A stretch of DNA of 64,000 bases from Eledone cirrhosa (GCA_964016885.1 OZ024743.1:256866001-256930000), one strand, 5' to 3'; counted from the stretch's first letter, positions 38,130 to 55,315 are shown. Notes: generated by a model not told the origin, from the sequence alone. A program made the numbers and translations.

Positions 38130-41100
38130 CGTATTTAGAATAGGCAGTATAAATGTATGTGGCCTGGGTCATCTTGGAAGCAGGGTCACCTGCTCAACGC
38201 CCTCAGGTCACTAAACATAGATCTGGTGGCCATCGACGAGACCAGAATCTCCGAAGCACGAGACTTCGCACCGATCTTCGTCGGCTACGATGTATACGCA
38301 TCTCCCAGCCGTCCAGGATCGGGGGAAGGGGTTGCCGTGCTTTTTCAGAGAGGCTTGGATCTCGCCATACGGACCATCTTCCTGGACCCAGAAGGTAAGT
38401 CGGTGGTGCTGGACGTGACTGGCAGCGAAGGCAATGATTTCAGGCTAGTAGCCGTCTACGCCCCAACAGGGGCAGGACGGCCAGATTTCTTCAGACGTCT
38501 AGAGACCTTTCTTGGAACGTCCCGCTCTTTAGTGTTAGTGGGTGACTAGAACGGTATCTTAGATGCACGCTGGGATTATGTGGGGCTAGTAGACAGGGCA
38601 GGAGGGTGTAAAATCCTCAACAACCTGCTCAGACGTTTTGAACTGTCTGACAGGTATAGACTGGATTATCCGAATGTGCCAATGTGGACATGGGCAAACC
38701 GTATCGGGTCATCCAGATCGTATTTAAATTGGGTATTCTGTAGGGAAGCAGATAAGGCTAGTGTAGGTTGTCCACAATTTAAAGTAGTCGACTACACGGA
38801 CCACAAATTTGTGATCTGTCTAGTTGACTTAGATAGACTCCATAGGCAAGGGCCCGGCTACTGGAAGCTGAACGCGTCGTTCCTGGCGCGCAAAGCTTAC
38901 AGAGACAGGATTAGCGAATTAGTTAAGCGTGCGGTGACGGATGCGATCGTCAACAACAGGTGGTGGTTTACCCTGAAAAGGGCTATTAGAGTAGATTCGA
39001 TAAGGTTTAGCAAAGGAGTAGTGATAGAGGAAAATAGAGTAGAGGGAGAGTTAGTTAGAAAGCTAGAAGAGGCGTTTAGGACAGGCATCGCAACCGACGT
39101 GCTTCCAGCGAAATTGGCACTCGACCAATTCTTCAACGCAAAGCATGAAGGCTGCGTTGTCAGAGCTAGAGCGCGTGCTCTAAACACGAGGGGACGAAAC
39201 CCGTTCAATGGGCCTGGAGGCGTGACGTGGCAACAATTCCACAATTCGGTCTTTGCCTGATCAAAACGGGCGCATATTGCTCGAACCCGAGCAGATGTGT
39301 GCGGCTTTTCAACAGCACTTTGCTCAATTGTTCGGGAGCGGCGGCGGGCCGGATTGGAGTATGGACTTCGGTGCATACCTTGACTGACTGCCGCGGCTCT
39401 CGACAACCGCAGCGCAGTGTTGCAAAAAGCCGATAACAGCAGGTGAGATACGGGGCGCGATGTCTGACTGCACGAGGGGTAAATCGCCAGGTTTGGATGG
39501 ACTGCCCTACTAGCTTTATGCGTATATACCAGACTTATTTGGCGACCTCTTGGCAGATGTCTACTACAACTGGCAGCAGAACAGGAGCATTCCCAGTTTT
39601 TTTAACCAGGGAGCGGTGGCGCTGCAGAGAGAAGACCCAAACAAGGGGGACGTTATAGACAACTTCAGGCCCATAACTCTGCTAAACGTAGAGTTTAAGA
39701 TTTTGGCCAAGGTGTTAGCAAAGAGATGGGCGCTTGTCGTCGGTGATTTGGTGAGAGAGGCGCAGACATGCGCCATCCCGGACAGATCCATCCACGATAA
39801 CCTCCATCTCATGCGATACATCATAAAGAGGGTGGTTAAGGAACCTGGCACAGGTGTGGACCTGATCAACTTGGATCAATCTAAAGCATTTGATAGGGTC
39901 GAGCATCAGTATCTGGCTGCTGTCCTCTAGGCGGCCGGCTTCTGGCCCGTTTTTATGGGCTGGATCGCTGCGATGTACAGCGACATCTGCTCAATCGTGA
40001 GGGTGAATGGTCACCTGTCGCAGCCTTTCAACATCATCCGCTCGGTCCGCCAGGGTTGCCCCTCTCGTCCCTCTCGTACGTACTGGCCCTAGAGCCTTTA
40101 CTACACAAATTGGAGACGATGAGGGGGGTTCCATGTGAACTGGGATGCGGGAGATCCGTGTCAGCTTACGCCGACGACGTCACCGGGGTGGTGTCGAGCA
40201 CCAAACACGTCCAGATGATCGGCACCGCTCTCAAGGAATACGAAGCGGTGACAGGATCAAAGATAAACCAGGAAAAGTCAGTGGGCTTGCAACTCGGCAC
40301 CTGGAGAGGCAAGTCCATGCCATCCGACAGCATCATGGGGCGCTGGACGGAAGGACCGGTTAAATTGCTTGGGGTTTGCTTTGGTCCGGACCTCCAGATG
40401 GAGAAAATCTGGAGCGAGGTGATGAGCAGGGTGGCCGCTCTCACCCAGAAATGGGCCGAGAGGAGGCTGTCTCTGAAAGGTTGGGTGGAGGTGGTGAATG
40501 CGTACATAGCGACCGTTATCTGCTACCGCCTGACCGTCGTACCTTTCCCTCGCCCAACTCTGACCAAAATGGAGCGCCTTCTCTTCCGCTTTTTGTGGAA
40601 GGGACGTGCCTCCATGGTCACACGATCCTTTTGCTGTCAACACCCATTGCGTGGAGGACTAGGTATGCCGTGGCTGATGATGCGCAATCATGCGCTGAGG
40701 CTACGACATCTCTGGTGACAGGGAACAGGTGTGGTCGCCATTTGCCAGACGCGCTTTTCCCCAGCTCGTCTCCTTGACGGAGCTGCAGTTCTGGATCAGG
40801 AAAAGACCGAGGGATAGCGCTTGGAAGCTGGAATGTCTCCAATCCCCCACCGCCCTCTACTGGCTGGGCACTAGTATCGGTGGAACATCCACCTCGGCGT
40901 TCTATAGAGGGCTAATGGAGGGAAAGGGCGACAACGTTCTCAGGGAGACCCTGGGCGTCGAAGACGATCAGCTGTTCGCTCTCTTCAAGAGAACTTTCAG
41001 ACCGGCGCCTATGGACAACTTCCAGAAATCCCTGGCCTGCCAGTGCTACCGGGGAACGTTGCCGGTTCGGGATAAGCTCTACAGGCACGGAGGAGCTGTC

Positions 41101-41480
41101 AGCCGAGCCTGTCCGAGAATCGTCCAGGCACCCAGTCGTTCAGTGCCCGAAGATTGCTGACTTGTGGAGCTATGTCGAACAGCTGCTGTCGCGTGTAGGA
41201 CGGATCCGGTTATCGACTGAGTCCATTGTGCAGATAGCCCCGCCATCCTCCTTTAAAGAGGAGGAAGGGCAGGCATATTTCATCTGCCTGGTGGCCATGG
41301 CGAAAGAGATTGTGTGGTGGACAAGATTGAAAGGGTTGAAGACGTACACTTTCCTCTCCGGCCAAAGAGGAAAATCAGGGTGGAGAGGCAAGTGATGTCT
41401 TCTAGTAAGTTTGTTGAAAGGTGGGTGAAAGTAGCGAGTCTGGTCCGCGTGAACTGGCCCGCTCTGAGTATACGCCTGTA
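38130..41480 (+). pseudogene. Tx1-like ORF2 (APE-RT) with many stops and frameshifts
   Basis: Pieces 38157-38549, 38580-39260, 39550-39930, 40056-40718 and 40729-41395. Confidence 0.9.
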
Positions 41481-41789
41481 GACTGAGGAGTGGGAAAAGT
41501 GAGAGAGAGGGCGCTTGCCCTGGTGGGCAGGGTGGTCGTGGTCTTTTGTGTGGTTTTCACCACGAGTGACCCTCGTAGGTTTCCCCCTTCTTGGGGAATT
41601 TTTGTTGTTTGAAATTTTTTGGATTTCTAGCTCGATTTTGTTACAACCTGTTTACACGACCAAAACCCACTTTGTATCGTCCTGTACTGTTCTGTGCCGT
41701 ATCTAATGTTTTTCTTCGTGTCAGCCCTTGTGGCCAATAAAGAAACCACTATTATTGTTATTACTATTATTATTAATTTTATAATTTTA

Positions 41790-41912
41790 CATCCTCTATT
41801 TCTTGTTTTTTACACGCAGAAATGCCCATTTGTACCGCCCTGTATTGTCCTGTACTGTCCTTAATGTCTACTTTATGTAGACCCTTGTGGTTAATAAAGA
41901 AAGCATTATTAA

Positions 41913-41970
<58 letters not shown>
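41790..41970 (+). mobile_element. Second Tx1-type 3' end in tandem behind the first, with a long (ATT)n tail
   Basis: TTTTACACGCAGAAATGCCCATT...CTTGTGGTTAATAAAGAAAGC matches the 431-530 copy. Confidence 0.8.
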
Positions 41971-42934
41971 TTTAGTAGTAAAGTAGTAGTAGTTGTAGTA
42001 GCAGTAGTAGCAACAGTAGTAGTAGTATTTGTAGTTCTTCTCGCCAATATTGTTGGAGGCTATTGTACTATAAATTATTTCACCTCTTGTCTATAAATTA
42101 ATTGCTATTTCTAAGCAGTTATCATCATCATTATCAGTAATTCATCTCCAATGAAATACTGTAAAATATTCCTTCTTTATCGACTTAAACTTTGTGCTGA
42201 ATAAAGATTAGGACAATAGCAATTATTAATTAGAATGATAAAAATAATACGTAATTAGTATTAATGAGGGAATTAGAATTCATAAGAAATAATTATTATT
42301 AATAACAATTTAGCAATGACAATTAAAACACCTGAATTATATTTTATATAATTCAGTTGTTATTTTTGTGTGTGTATGTATGTGTGTGAGCATGTGTGTG
42401 TGTGTGTGTATGTTATGGAGAACTTAATGGTTTCTAATTGTGGCACAAAGCGAGAAATTTGAGGGGCAAGGGAAAGTCAATTATGTTGATTTCATTGCTT
42501 GATTGATATTTTACTTTAGTAATCTTGGAAGAAATTCCCTCCAGAAAGAGCTGCTACATCTCCACATTCAGAAATTACAACATCAGTACTACAGGCATGT
42601 GGGTAAAATGTTATGGGCAGAGTCAACCAGTTGGAGGCCCTGAGATAGACCATGAGAAATATCGTTGAATAACATCCATAAGCTCAATTGGTCTTGCTTG
42701 GAGATCCAGATAGATTACTTGTTGACAGTTTCTTTTGACAATCGACTCAGGATGGGATGTCAGAAGATGGTACCCCCTTCACGCCACCCCAATCTTCTCA
42801 AGAATGAGTGCGCAAAAAAAAGATGACCTTGAAAGGATGAAAGGCAAAGTTGATCTCAAATGGATTTGAACTCAGACCATAAAAAGTCAAACAATGATTC
42901 GGTGAAACTACAGACCTATGGAAACATAATAATT

Positions 42935-43090
42935 GTTTCTACTATTGGCACAAGGCCAGCAATTACTCAGTACATTACTGGTACTTTATTTTATCGACCC
43001 CGTAAGGATGAAAGGCAAAGTTAACCTCGGCGGGATTTGAACCCAGGATGGCAAAGCATGGCGTCAAAGCATGGCGTCCGACCCTATGGA
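42935..43090 (-). mobile_element. SINE fragment (family of 23535-23722)
   Basis: TACTGGTACTTTATTTTATCGACCCCGTAAGGATGAAAGGCAAAGTTAACCTCGGCGGGATTTGAAC. Confidence 0.8.
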
Positions 43091-43639
43091 AACATAATAA
43101 TGGTTTCTATTTTAGCCACTTGTCCAGCAATTTGATAATGAGAAAGAAAGTTTCATGATGGTCTCATCAATATTTTCGAAATTACTTTAAAATTACAGGC
43201 AGAGTGTTTAGTGTATTTCCATAGACATATGGTAATGAAAGGGTTAAAGTATTTGAATCATCTAAATAATATTTCTGCTGTAATATAAGAAACTTTGTGT
43301 AGTTATGTTTCTCACACTACCTTATTCCTAATTATGTTACTATTGCAGGCAATATATTTCAATAGAAATATGGCAGAGCATGGTAAAATTCTCTGAATTA
43401 TCTCAAATATTTTCCATCACAATTTCATGTAAGAATTTTGTTATATTATGTCTCAAACACTCTCTTGATAATAAGAAAGTTAGTTATATTACTAAATTAT
43501 ATTGAATTCGAAATTATTTTAAAAATTACCTTAAAAACATAGGTAATGTATTTCATTAGACATATGGTAATAAAACAGTTAATATAGTTTTGTGTATACA
43601 AATGGTTAGTTATCTGCATAGTGAAGGACTGCAGTGAGC

Positions 43640-44015
43640 CAATTGGATATCTATCACTTCTCTACAGGTGGCTCTGTGAATCACGGTGGTTTACCTTCGC
43701 TGAAGTGTGGTAGCTTCAGGAAGTATGTGTTTGTGGAGGTCACCTTGCATTTGCAGAATTTCATATCCATAAGATGGTTCAAGTTGGAAGCTGGGTAGAA
43801 GTTGTTCCTCAGCACTTCCATAAAGTGTGTCGTGTGGGTGTCAGTCTTTTCCCCTTGCTGCATTTATTTCAGATACAAATGAACTCATTTTTATGTATCC
43901 AATGTTAGCACCAAGGTGGGAGGGCCAACTTATGGTGCACAAATATCTCCTTGCTGGTGGTTTTCCTGTAAAAGCTGGTGTGTATGCAGCTGCCTTCTGT
44001 TATTTTAAGCTGAAA
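43640..44015 (-). mobile_element. Penelope-like RT C-terminal (thumb) remnant
   Basis: Minus strand reads ..ITEGSCIHTSFYRKTTSKEIFVHHKLALP.. and ..VLRNNFYP...YFLKLPHFSE. Confidence 0.6.
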
Positions 44016-44215
44016 GTCCTCTGTGCCTATGTGTGCATGTGTTTTTATGCAGGTATGGATGTTATTGTATGTGTGGATCTCTATGCTTTGAGTTATATGT
44101 GTACATATAAATAAGTTGTGTATCTATACAATTGTATATGTAGTTATTACATGCAGAATTTTTTGAATGTTTTACATATTTGTACAGTTCCATTAATGGA
44201 TTGTACTTGTAACTT

Positions 44216-44276
<61 letters not shown>

Positions 44277-44296
44277 ATGTATATATGTATGTATAT

Positions 44297-44703
44297 GAGA
44301 GATGACCCCTTAGCCTTTGTTAAGGCAGAATTCTAGGAGAAGGAAAACTCTGATATAACACCTGCAACCCTGATGGTATCCATTGATGTGGACTTGTTCT
44401 TCTTTTTGGTAAATATCATCTTGGTTAAGAGAGTGGGACTGGCTTTGTGCAGTGCCTTTGCTGACTATAAAAGCTTCACGGCACAGGCATTTCTTTATAT
44501 CTGGAGATCTCTCTGCACTTGTCGTCACATGGTACCATGGGCCCAGCACTATGTGTCAATAATTGTCACAAGTGTAGTGTTTGTACCAGAGTTTTCAAGT
44601 CGCTGGCTGGACTAAAAAGTCACACTCCTTCAGCGCATCGGTAGGGGTTCTCCTACATGGATATAAAGTAGTGGCCGTACTCGAAAACGAGTTGGCAGCC
44701 ACC
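44297..44703 (+). mobile_element. Copy 1 (5'-truncated) of a ~600-bp non-coding element in (TA)n
   Basis: GAGATGACCCCTTAGCCTTTG...GTTGGCAGCCACC|ATATA is shared by three copies. Confidence 0.85.
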
Positions 44704-46881
<2,178 letters not shown>

Positions 46882-46919
46882 GTCAGGTATGTATGTATGT
46901 ATGTATATATATATATATT

Positions 46920-47521
46920 ATGTCAGGTCACCACTTGGTGCTACTGGTAACATGTATTCCAGTAAAACCTGTCCCATGGTCGGGTCGTTGGCGACTAAAC
47001 TGGTAACCCCACTAAGGCTTGTTGATGAGGAGGGTGACTTTGGACATCCTGCAGGAATAAAAACAAAACCTGTCAAAGGGCAAAGGAGCTCTTAAGAGTC
47101 AATGGCCATCCAAAATCACCGGGAGAGATGACCCCTTAGCCTTTGTCAAGGTAGAATTCTAGGAGAAGGAAAACTCTGATATAACACCTGCAACTCTGAT
47201 GGTATCCAATGATGTTGACTTGTTCTTCTTTTTGGTAAATATCATCTTGGTTAAGAGAGTGGGACTAGCTTTGTGCAGTGCCTTTGCTCACTATAAAAGC
47301 TTCACAGCACAGGCATTGCTTTATATCTGGAGATCTCTCTGCACTTGTCACATGGTGCCATGGGCCTAGCGCTGTGTGTCAATAATTGTCACAGGTGTGG
47401 TGTTTGTGCCAGAGTTTTCGAGTCGCTGGCTGGACTAGGGTCACATTCGTTCGGCGCATCGGTGGTTCTCCTGCATGGATGTAAAGTAGTGGCCATACTC
47501 GAAAACGTGTTGGCAGCCACC
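46920..47521 (+). mobile_element. Copy 3 (longest) of the ~600-bp element
   Basis: Starts ATGTCAGGTCACCACTTGG, contains CTAGGAGAAGGAAAACTCTGA, and has the same 3' end. Confidence 0.85.
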
Positions 47522-47526
47522 ATATA

Positions 47527-47631
<105 letters not shown>

Positions 47632-47877
47632 GTATGTATATATATATATATATATATATAAATATATATATATAATATAATATAATATATTATATTATAT
47701 ATATACATACATATATATATATATATATATGTATGTATATATATATATATATGTATGTATATATATATATATATATATGTATGTATATATATATATATAT
47801 ATGTATGTATATATATATATATATATGTATGTATATATATATATATATATATGTATGTATATATATATATATATATG

Positions 47878-47947
<70 letters not shown>

Positions 47948-47999
47948 TGTATATGTATGTATATATATATATATGTATATGTATATATATATTTATATG

Positions 48000-48110
<111 letters not shown>

Positions 48111-48131
48111 ATATATATATATATATGTATG

Positions 48132-48186
<55 letters not shown>

Positions 48187-48197
48187 ATATATATATA

Positions 48198-48490
48198 TGT
48201 TGGTGCCACAACATCCAGGCCGAAACAAATGAGATCGTGTAGGTGTCACGTCAAAAAAACACACAGTTCACGCTGTAATGTGGCCGTGTAGGCAACACGG
48301 TAAAAACCTGCCAGCCCCACACTTTAAATGTGGTTGGTGTTAGGATGGGCATCCAGCTGTAGAAAACCCGCCAGATAGTCCTATGCGAGCAAGATAACCA
48401 CTCTTGCCTCAAGTGGGAAAACCCTCCGTCCAAACCCATGCAAGCGTGGAACACGGACGTTAAACGATGATGATGGTGATGATGATGATG
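48198..48490 (+). mobile_element. RTE 3' UTR fragment inside (TA)n
   Basis: Matches 33265-33553. Confidence 0.95.
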
Positions 48491-48494
48491 TGTG

Positions 48495-48565
<71 letters not shown>

Positions 48566-48610
48566 ATATACATATATATATCTATGTATATATATATATA
48601 TATATGTATG

Positions 48611-48687
<77 letters not shown>

Positions 48688-48704
48688 ATATATATATATA
48701 TATG

Positions 48705-48783
<79 letters not shown>

Positions 48784-48798
48784 ATATATATATATATG

Positions 48799-48848
<50 letters not shown>

Positions 48849-48851
48849 CAC

Positions 48852-48994
<143 letters not shown>

Positions 48995-49006
48995 CATATA
49001 TATATA

Positions 49007-49065
<59 letters not shown>

Positions 49066-49800
49066 ACTAGCCACAATAGCGTTAAACATTATATAGGGGC
49101 CACCTCCGGCCCGTTCAAAATTAGGTTTCGAACACATCTCCACTCTTTCACAAATTGAAAACTAAGGCACTCCACTTCGCTCGCGGACTACATCACATCA
49201 CTAAAGGACTTAAACATCAGCTTCTCCACGCACTGGGAGATTCTCGGCAGGGCTGCACCGTACAACTTCAAGAGGAAATGCGATCTTTGCCTCATGGAGC
49301 TCTACCACATCATAACTGCACACCACGAGCTCATCAACAGCAGAGCTGAAACAGCGATAAGTTGTACACATCGCTTAAAAATATCCTTCTTTAGATGGGT
49401 TAAGAATGAAGAGTGAAATAGTACACTGGATCACCCTGCAACAAGTCTTAACACCCCGGCTGGCAGGCGCAGCAAAATAACACCCAGAAAACAATCCTTG
49501 CATACCAGACCCAGCCTCAGATGCGGCAAACAAATTAAAAAAAAAAAAAAAAAATTATCTTGGAAAGACTGCCCTAACACCGGCCAGAGTTCCATCCCTT
49601 GACCTGCTGCAAAATCAATACAGGATATTTTTGCGAGCAATGAATCTTGATGTAGATTTAACGCCCAAAATTCTTTTCGAACTATATAAGGAACACTTGT
49701 GATTATTTATGCCCTTGAGAAGCCCAACTGGGCGAAACGTACGTAGGTGATATTTTAAATAAACATGTTTTAACGGTCTATTCTCCGATTTTTTACTTTC
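49066..49800 (+). mobile_element. Penelope-like GIY-YIG 3' fragment with 3' UTR and terminal hammerhead-like motif
   Basis: Reads [39 protein letters not shown]...WEILGRAAPYN..KCDLCLMELYHII. HHR-like motif at 49714-49745, followed by AATAAA. Confidence 0.8.
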
Positions 49801-49829
49801 CCACGTATATATATATATATATATGTATG

Positions 49830-49880
<51 letters not shown>

Positions 49881-50056
49881 TTTTTTAAAAATATTTTATC
49901 TTGACTCTGATTTCCGTTTATCTTTCACCGAAAGTGATTTTTCATTGCATCTCTTCTTTCAATGATATCCGGATTACATTGAGTTTTTCATACGGATTGG
50001 ACACTACCGTAAACTCTTGGTAGATTTATCTACATATATATACATATATATATATG

Positions 50057-50115
<59 letters not shown>

Positions 50116-50337
50116 TATGTATATATATATGTATGTATATATATATATGTATGTATATATATATGTATGTATATATATATGAATGTATATATATATATGT
50201 ATGTATATATATATGTATGTATATATATATATGTATGTATATATATATGTATGTATATATATATGTAAGTATATATATATGTATGTATATATATATGTAT
50301 ATATATATGTATGTATATATATATATATATATGTATG

Positions 50338-50414
<77 letters not shown>

Positions 50415-50415
50415 G

Positions 50416-50468
<53 letters not shown>

Positions 50469-50491
50469 ATATATATATATATATATGTATG

Positions 50492-50540
<49 letters not shown>

Positions 50541-50716
50541 ATATATATATATGTATATATATATGTATATATATATATATATATATACATATGTATGTAT
50601 GTATATATATGTATGTATGTATATATATATGTATGTATATATATATGTATGTATATATATATATGTATGTATATATATATATGTATGTATATGTATATAT
50701 GTGTATATGTATATAT

Positions 50717-50750
<34 letters not shown>

Positions 50751-50793
50751 GTATGTATATATATATATATGTGTATATGTGTATATATATATG

Positions 50794-50863
<70 letters not shown>

Positions 50864-51670
50864 ATGAAAAATTTGAACAGGGACAGAACAGAGAGGCAGT
50901 ACAATAAATGTTTATTAAATTCACGCCCAGGAGAGTGGGGGGAAGGTGGGGGACGGCGTTTCGGGCATAAGCCCTTCCTCAGGTGAGAAGTGTGTGGGAA
51001 CAGAGTTCAAAAGGTGTGTAGGGGAGTGGTGGAGAGACATATAGCGAAAGGAAAGGGTGCGAATCAAAAATTAACAAATAAAGACAAAAAATATAAAAAA
51101 TAAAAATAAAGCATGATCAAAATACAAGGAATGAGAAAATTTAAAAATAAAGGCATGATCAAAATAAACTGAAATTAAAAGGGGGGTAAAAAGGTGGTGG
51201 AAGGGGGTGGGGTGAGTAGGGGTGGTGGCGGGTGGAGTGGGGAGAGGGAGACGGGGTGTCCGAGCGGGGAGGGCTGACGGTGGTGTGTGTGTGTAGGTGT
51301 GCGTGTGTGTGTGTGTGTGTGTATGTGAAAGTGAGGGTTGGGGGAAGAACGGGGTTGCATGTTCAGGAAGAGGTGTGTGTGGGGGGTGTTTTTGTGGGTC
51401 GGAGTGTCTGTGCGTGTGTGGATAGGGGGTGGGGGGAGAGGAATCAGGAGGCTGAGGGTGTAAATATGTGGTGGGAAGCACGTGTGTGTGTGGTTTAAGC
51501 GTATTGTGGGTGTGGGTGGCGTGTGGAGAAAATATATATATATATATATATACATATATGTATATATACATATATGTATATATATATACATATATGTATA
51601 TATATACACATATATGTATATATATATATATATGTTTATATGTATATATATATATGTGTATATGTATGTG

Positions 51671-51735
<65 letters not shown>

Positions 51736-51754
51736 GTATATATATATACATGTG

Positions 51755-51807
<53 letters not shown>

Positions 51808-52161
51808 GTGTGTATGTGATATGGGTGTGAATAAATAATGTTTAAGTGATTGTACATTGTAGCTCTTACTCTACCTGTAAATTTGTGACAACTTGATTAT
51901 TATACATCTTTCTTTTTATATATCTTTCTTTTAGAATGTCCATGTTTTATACTGCAATACCCTCTTTCTTACCCCCACCCAATTGACCCTAACAGTATCA
52001 TTTTCAGATATGGTCCCTAGATATGGTCTCTCAGTCGCTGAAAGAAAAAAAATAATTAAGAAAAATTTTATGTGTGTGTCTATATATATTTTATCATTGT
52101 ATGTCCATTTTTACAAAATGGCATATACAAGGAACACACACATATGCATATATATATATAT

Positions 52162-52215
<54 letters not shown>

Positions 52216-52262
52216 CGTGTTGGTGTGCAGATGTAAGTATATCTGAACGCATACAAACATTT

Positions 52263-52322
<60 letters not shown>

Positions 52323-52705
52323 TTACATAAATATATATACATACATATACATTTATACACTTGTACTCACTCACACACACACACACACACACATACACAC
52401 ACACATATATATATATATATAAACTCAGTGTTGTAATCTTATTTGACATTTTTTCCCTCTAAGATAACAAAGGTTTAGCTTAGCTGACAAGAGAGTTTAT
52501 GCTGTGTCCATCTTACTTAAAGTGAGAATTACACCAAGACCAACAATTTTCAGAAATCATGTTGAAAGTGACACCACACTTTTTTGTAACAACTTCTGAT
52601 TGGATTATTTTGCATAAACCAATAATAACAACATCAACTACAAGGAGAACAACAACAAGCAAAGTATTAACTGTCAAATGCTATATGCGTACATATGTAT
52701 ACATA

Positions 52706-52755
<50 letters not shown>

Positions 52756-52792
52756 TACACACACACATATATATATATATATATACATATAT

Positions 52793-52825
<33 letters not shown>

Positions 52826-52840
52826 CATATATACACACAC

Positions 52841-52878
<38 letters not shown>

Positions 52879-52899
52879 GGGGAAGAGAAAGAGAAATAT

Positions 52900-53096
52900 T
52901 TAGATTGATAGAGAGATATGGAGTAGAGGAAGACCACGAAAAACATGGGAGGAGGTGGTGAGAGCAGACCTCAGATCGCTGAAATTCACGGAGGAGATGA
53001 CGAAGGAACGTGACAAGTGGAGAGATGCTGTGCTGAATAGGACCCGTCCAACCTTTGCAAGCAGGGAAAAGCGGACGTAAAATGATGATGATGATG
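52900..53096 (+). mobile_element. 3' end of a second RTE family
   Basis: Reads [16 protein letters not shown]...[16 protein letters not shown], then tail TTGCAAGCAGGGAAAAGCGGACGTAAAATGATGATG. Confidence 0.8.
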
Positions 53097-53431
53097 TGTA
53101 TATATACATAAATATATAAATATATATATATATATCCATAAATATATACATAAACACACACATATAGATATGTATATATATATATATATATATATGCATA
53201 TATACATACATGTATAAATATATATACATTTATGAGGGTATAAATATATCCTTATTTTTAACCTTTTCTATATTTTTATGCTTTGGACTTTTATTTTCAC
53301 AGTTTTTCATGTTATTTTCCCCTCGGTATCTAGTTTGTGCCAAACTACAATGAATGTCAAGGTATTCTTTACAAAAAATCTTGTGGCAAAATCTAAAACA
53401 AAGAAAGTAACAAACAAGCTCATATATGCAA

Positions 53432-53492
<61 letters not shown>

Positions 53493-53616
53493 AACACTGT
53501 GTACATATATATCTAAGTAAAATAAAATAAAAAATATCTCTTGAATAAATACAAAATTTAAAATATTTGCATTGCTAAAACGGAATTTGGGGGAAAAACA
53601 ATATATACAAATGCAC

Positions 53617-53960
53617 ATCATCATCATCATCATCATCGTTTAACGTCCATATTCCACGCTCGCATGGGTTTGGACAGGAGTTTTCCCACTTGAGGCAAGA
53701 GTTGTTGTCTTGCTCGCATAGGTCTGTCTGGCGGGTTTTCTACGGCTGGATGCCCTTCCTAACACCAACCACATTTACAGTGAGGAACTGGGAGGTTTTT
53801 AACGTGTTACCTAGACGGCCACATTACAGCGTGGACTGTGTGTTTTTTTGTCGTGACACCTACACGACCTCATTTGTTTCGGGTTGGATGTTGTGGTACC
53901 AATATAAATTTACATTGAAAGGGGTGGTGTGGATGGGGTGGGAGTAGTGGGACGGAGTGT
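53617..53960 (-). mobile_element. RTE 3' UTR fragment
   Basis: (CAT)n-CGTTTAACGTCC...; matches the reverse complement of 33205-33553. Confidence 0.95.
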
Positions 53961-54009
53961 ATACATACATGTATATATACTCATGCATATATACATGTAG
54001 ATATATATA

Positions 54010-54379
54010 AATGCTGACAAATTGTTCACAGTTGAAAAATGGTTTAATTAGGAATGAAAGAGTATTAGTGATTGTATGGGTTAGTATTCAGTTGTGGTTT
54101 TAAGTTTTTAAGTTTTTACCGGTTGCGCATTTCTAAATGATTTTCAAAAATAATTTTGAGATAGAGTGTCTGTGCTGTTTGCTCTGATCTGATTAGTTTT
54201 GGGAATTCTACCTGTATTTATGTTAAAAAAGTGGCTCCAGCGTTACTTTGGTGTTGCAAAGTTTCTTGTGGTCAAAACAATTTTGATTGGTCGGTAGAGG
54301 TCATGTGAATAAAAAATTGGTTTTGTGCCAAGATTGAGAAATGACTCTTTCACAACAAATATGTGTGTGTGTGTGTGTA

Positions 54380-54439
<60 letters not shown>

Positions 54440-55315
54440 GCAGAGTAATTCGTGGTGGCAGGGATGGTCACATGTGCATCGGAAAATCTAATATATGTAT
54501 TAACTTGTTCAGGTTGTCGAGAACAATACATAGGCCAGACCAAAAACAGCCTCCGCCAACGCATGACTGTCCATAGATCCCAAATTAAAATACGGGAATA
54601 CAGGAAAATACCACTGAGTGAACACATTGATACCTGTGCCGCCCCAAATCATCCCAACTTCAGAATCTTTCCCCTCTACAAATTTAAAGATAATGCCACC
54701 CACACCGAGCGCATCAGCAAGGAATCTTACTTCATTAACAAATACGGACCCCGTCTAAACACTTCTCCCTAAGACGAATCCACAACATACACAAGTCAAC
54801 ATATATAACTACATCAGCACACATCTCTACCCACATATAAACACAATGACATACGTAAACACACATCCTCTATGGTGCAACACAAAAAAATATATGTGCA
54901 TATATATGTGTATATATATGTATATATGTATATATATATATATATGTATATAGTGAATATATGTATGTGTGTATATATATATAGTGAATATCATTTCACA
55001 CCTATTATTGTTAAGATTCTTGATGTTCTATTAAGAGAACCGATTTTACTGAAAAAATCGAATAATGTACACCATTTTACCAGGGGGAAAAAAATACCGG
55101 TCCACCCCCACCCCCCACACACACATATATATATATACACACATACACACGCGTACATCAACATACAAAGAGACTAATACACACACACACACACACACAC
55201 GCACTTCTCCGTATAAGACAAAAGCTGAAAAATATCTTTTGACATGCTAAAATACCCCCCATTGCTTTCAGACACTTTCTTACTGACCATCCCTGCCACC
55301 ACGAATTACTCTGCT

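Larger units (their letters stand above)
36860..41765 (+). mobile_element. Degraded near full-length Tx1/L1-clade non-LTR retrotransposon (two ORFs)
   Basis: ORF1 with a frameshifted CCHC knuckle. ORF2 has APE (RIGSINV, DETR, AVYAP, LVGD*N, TDH), GPGYWKLN, and RT (NFRPITLLN..KILAKVL, DQSKAFDRV, YADDV, GGLGMP). 3' end AATAAAGAAAC plus (ATT)n. Confidence 0.9.

Noticed and set aside
49156-49158. In-frame TGA in a Penelope-like GIY-YIG domain as a possible selenocysteine codon
   Set aside because: It does not fall at a Cys position in the two related fragments in this window, and I recognise no SECIS. A simple nonsense mutation is more likely.
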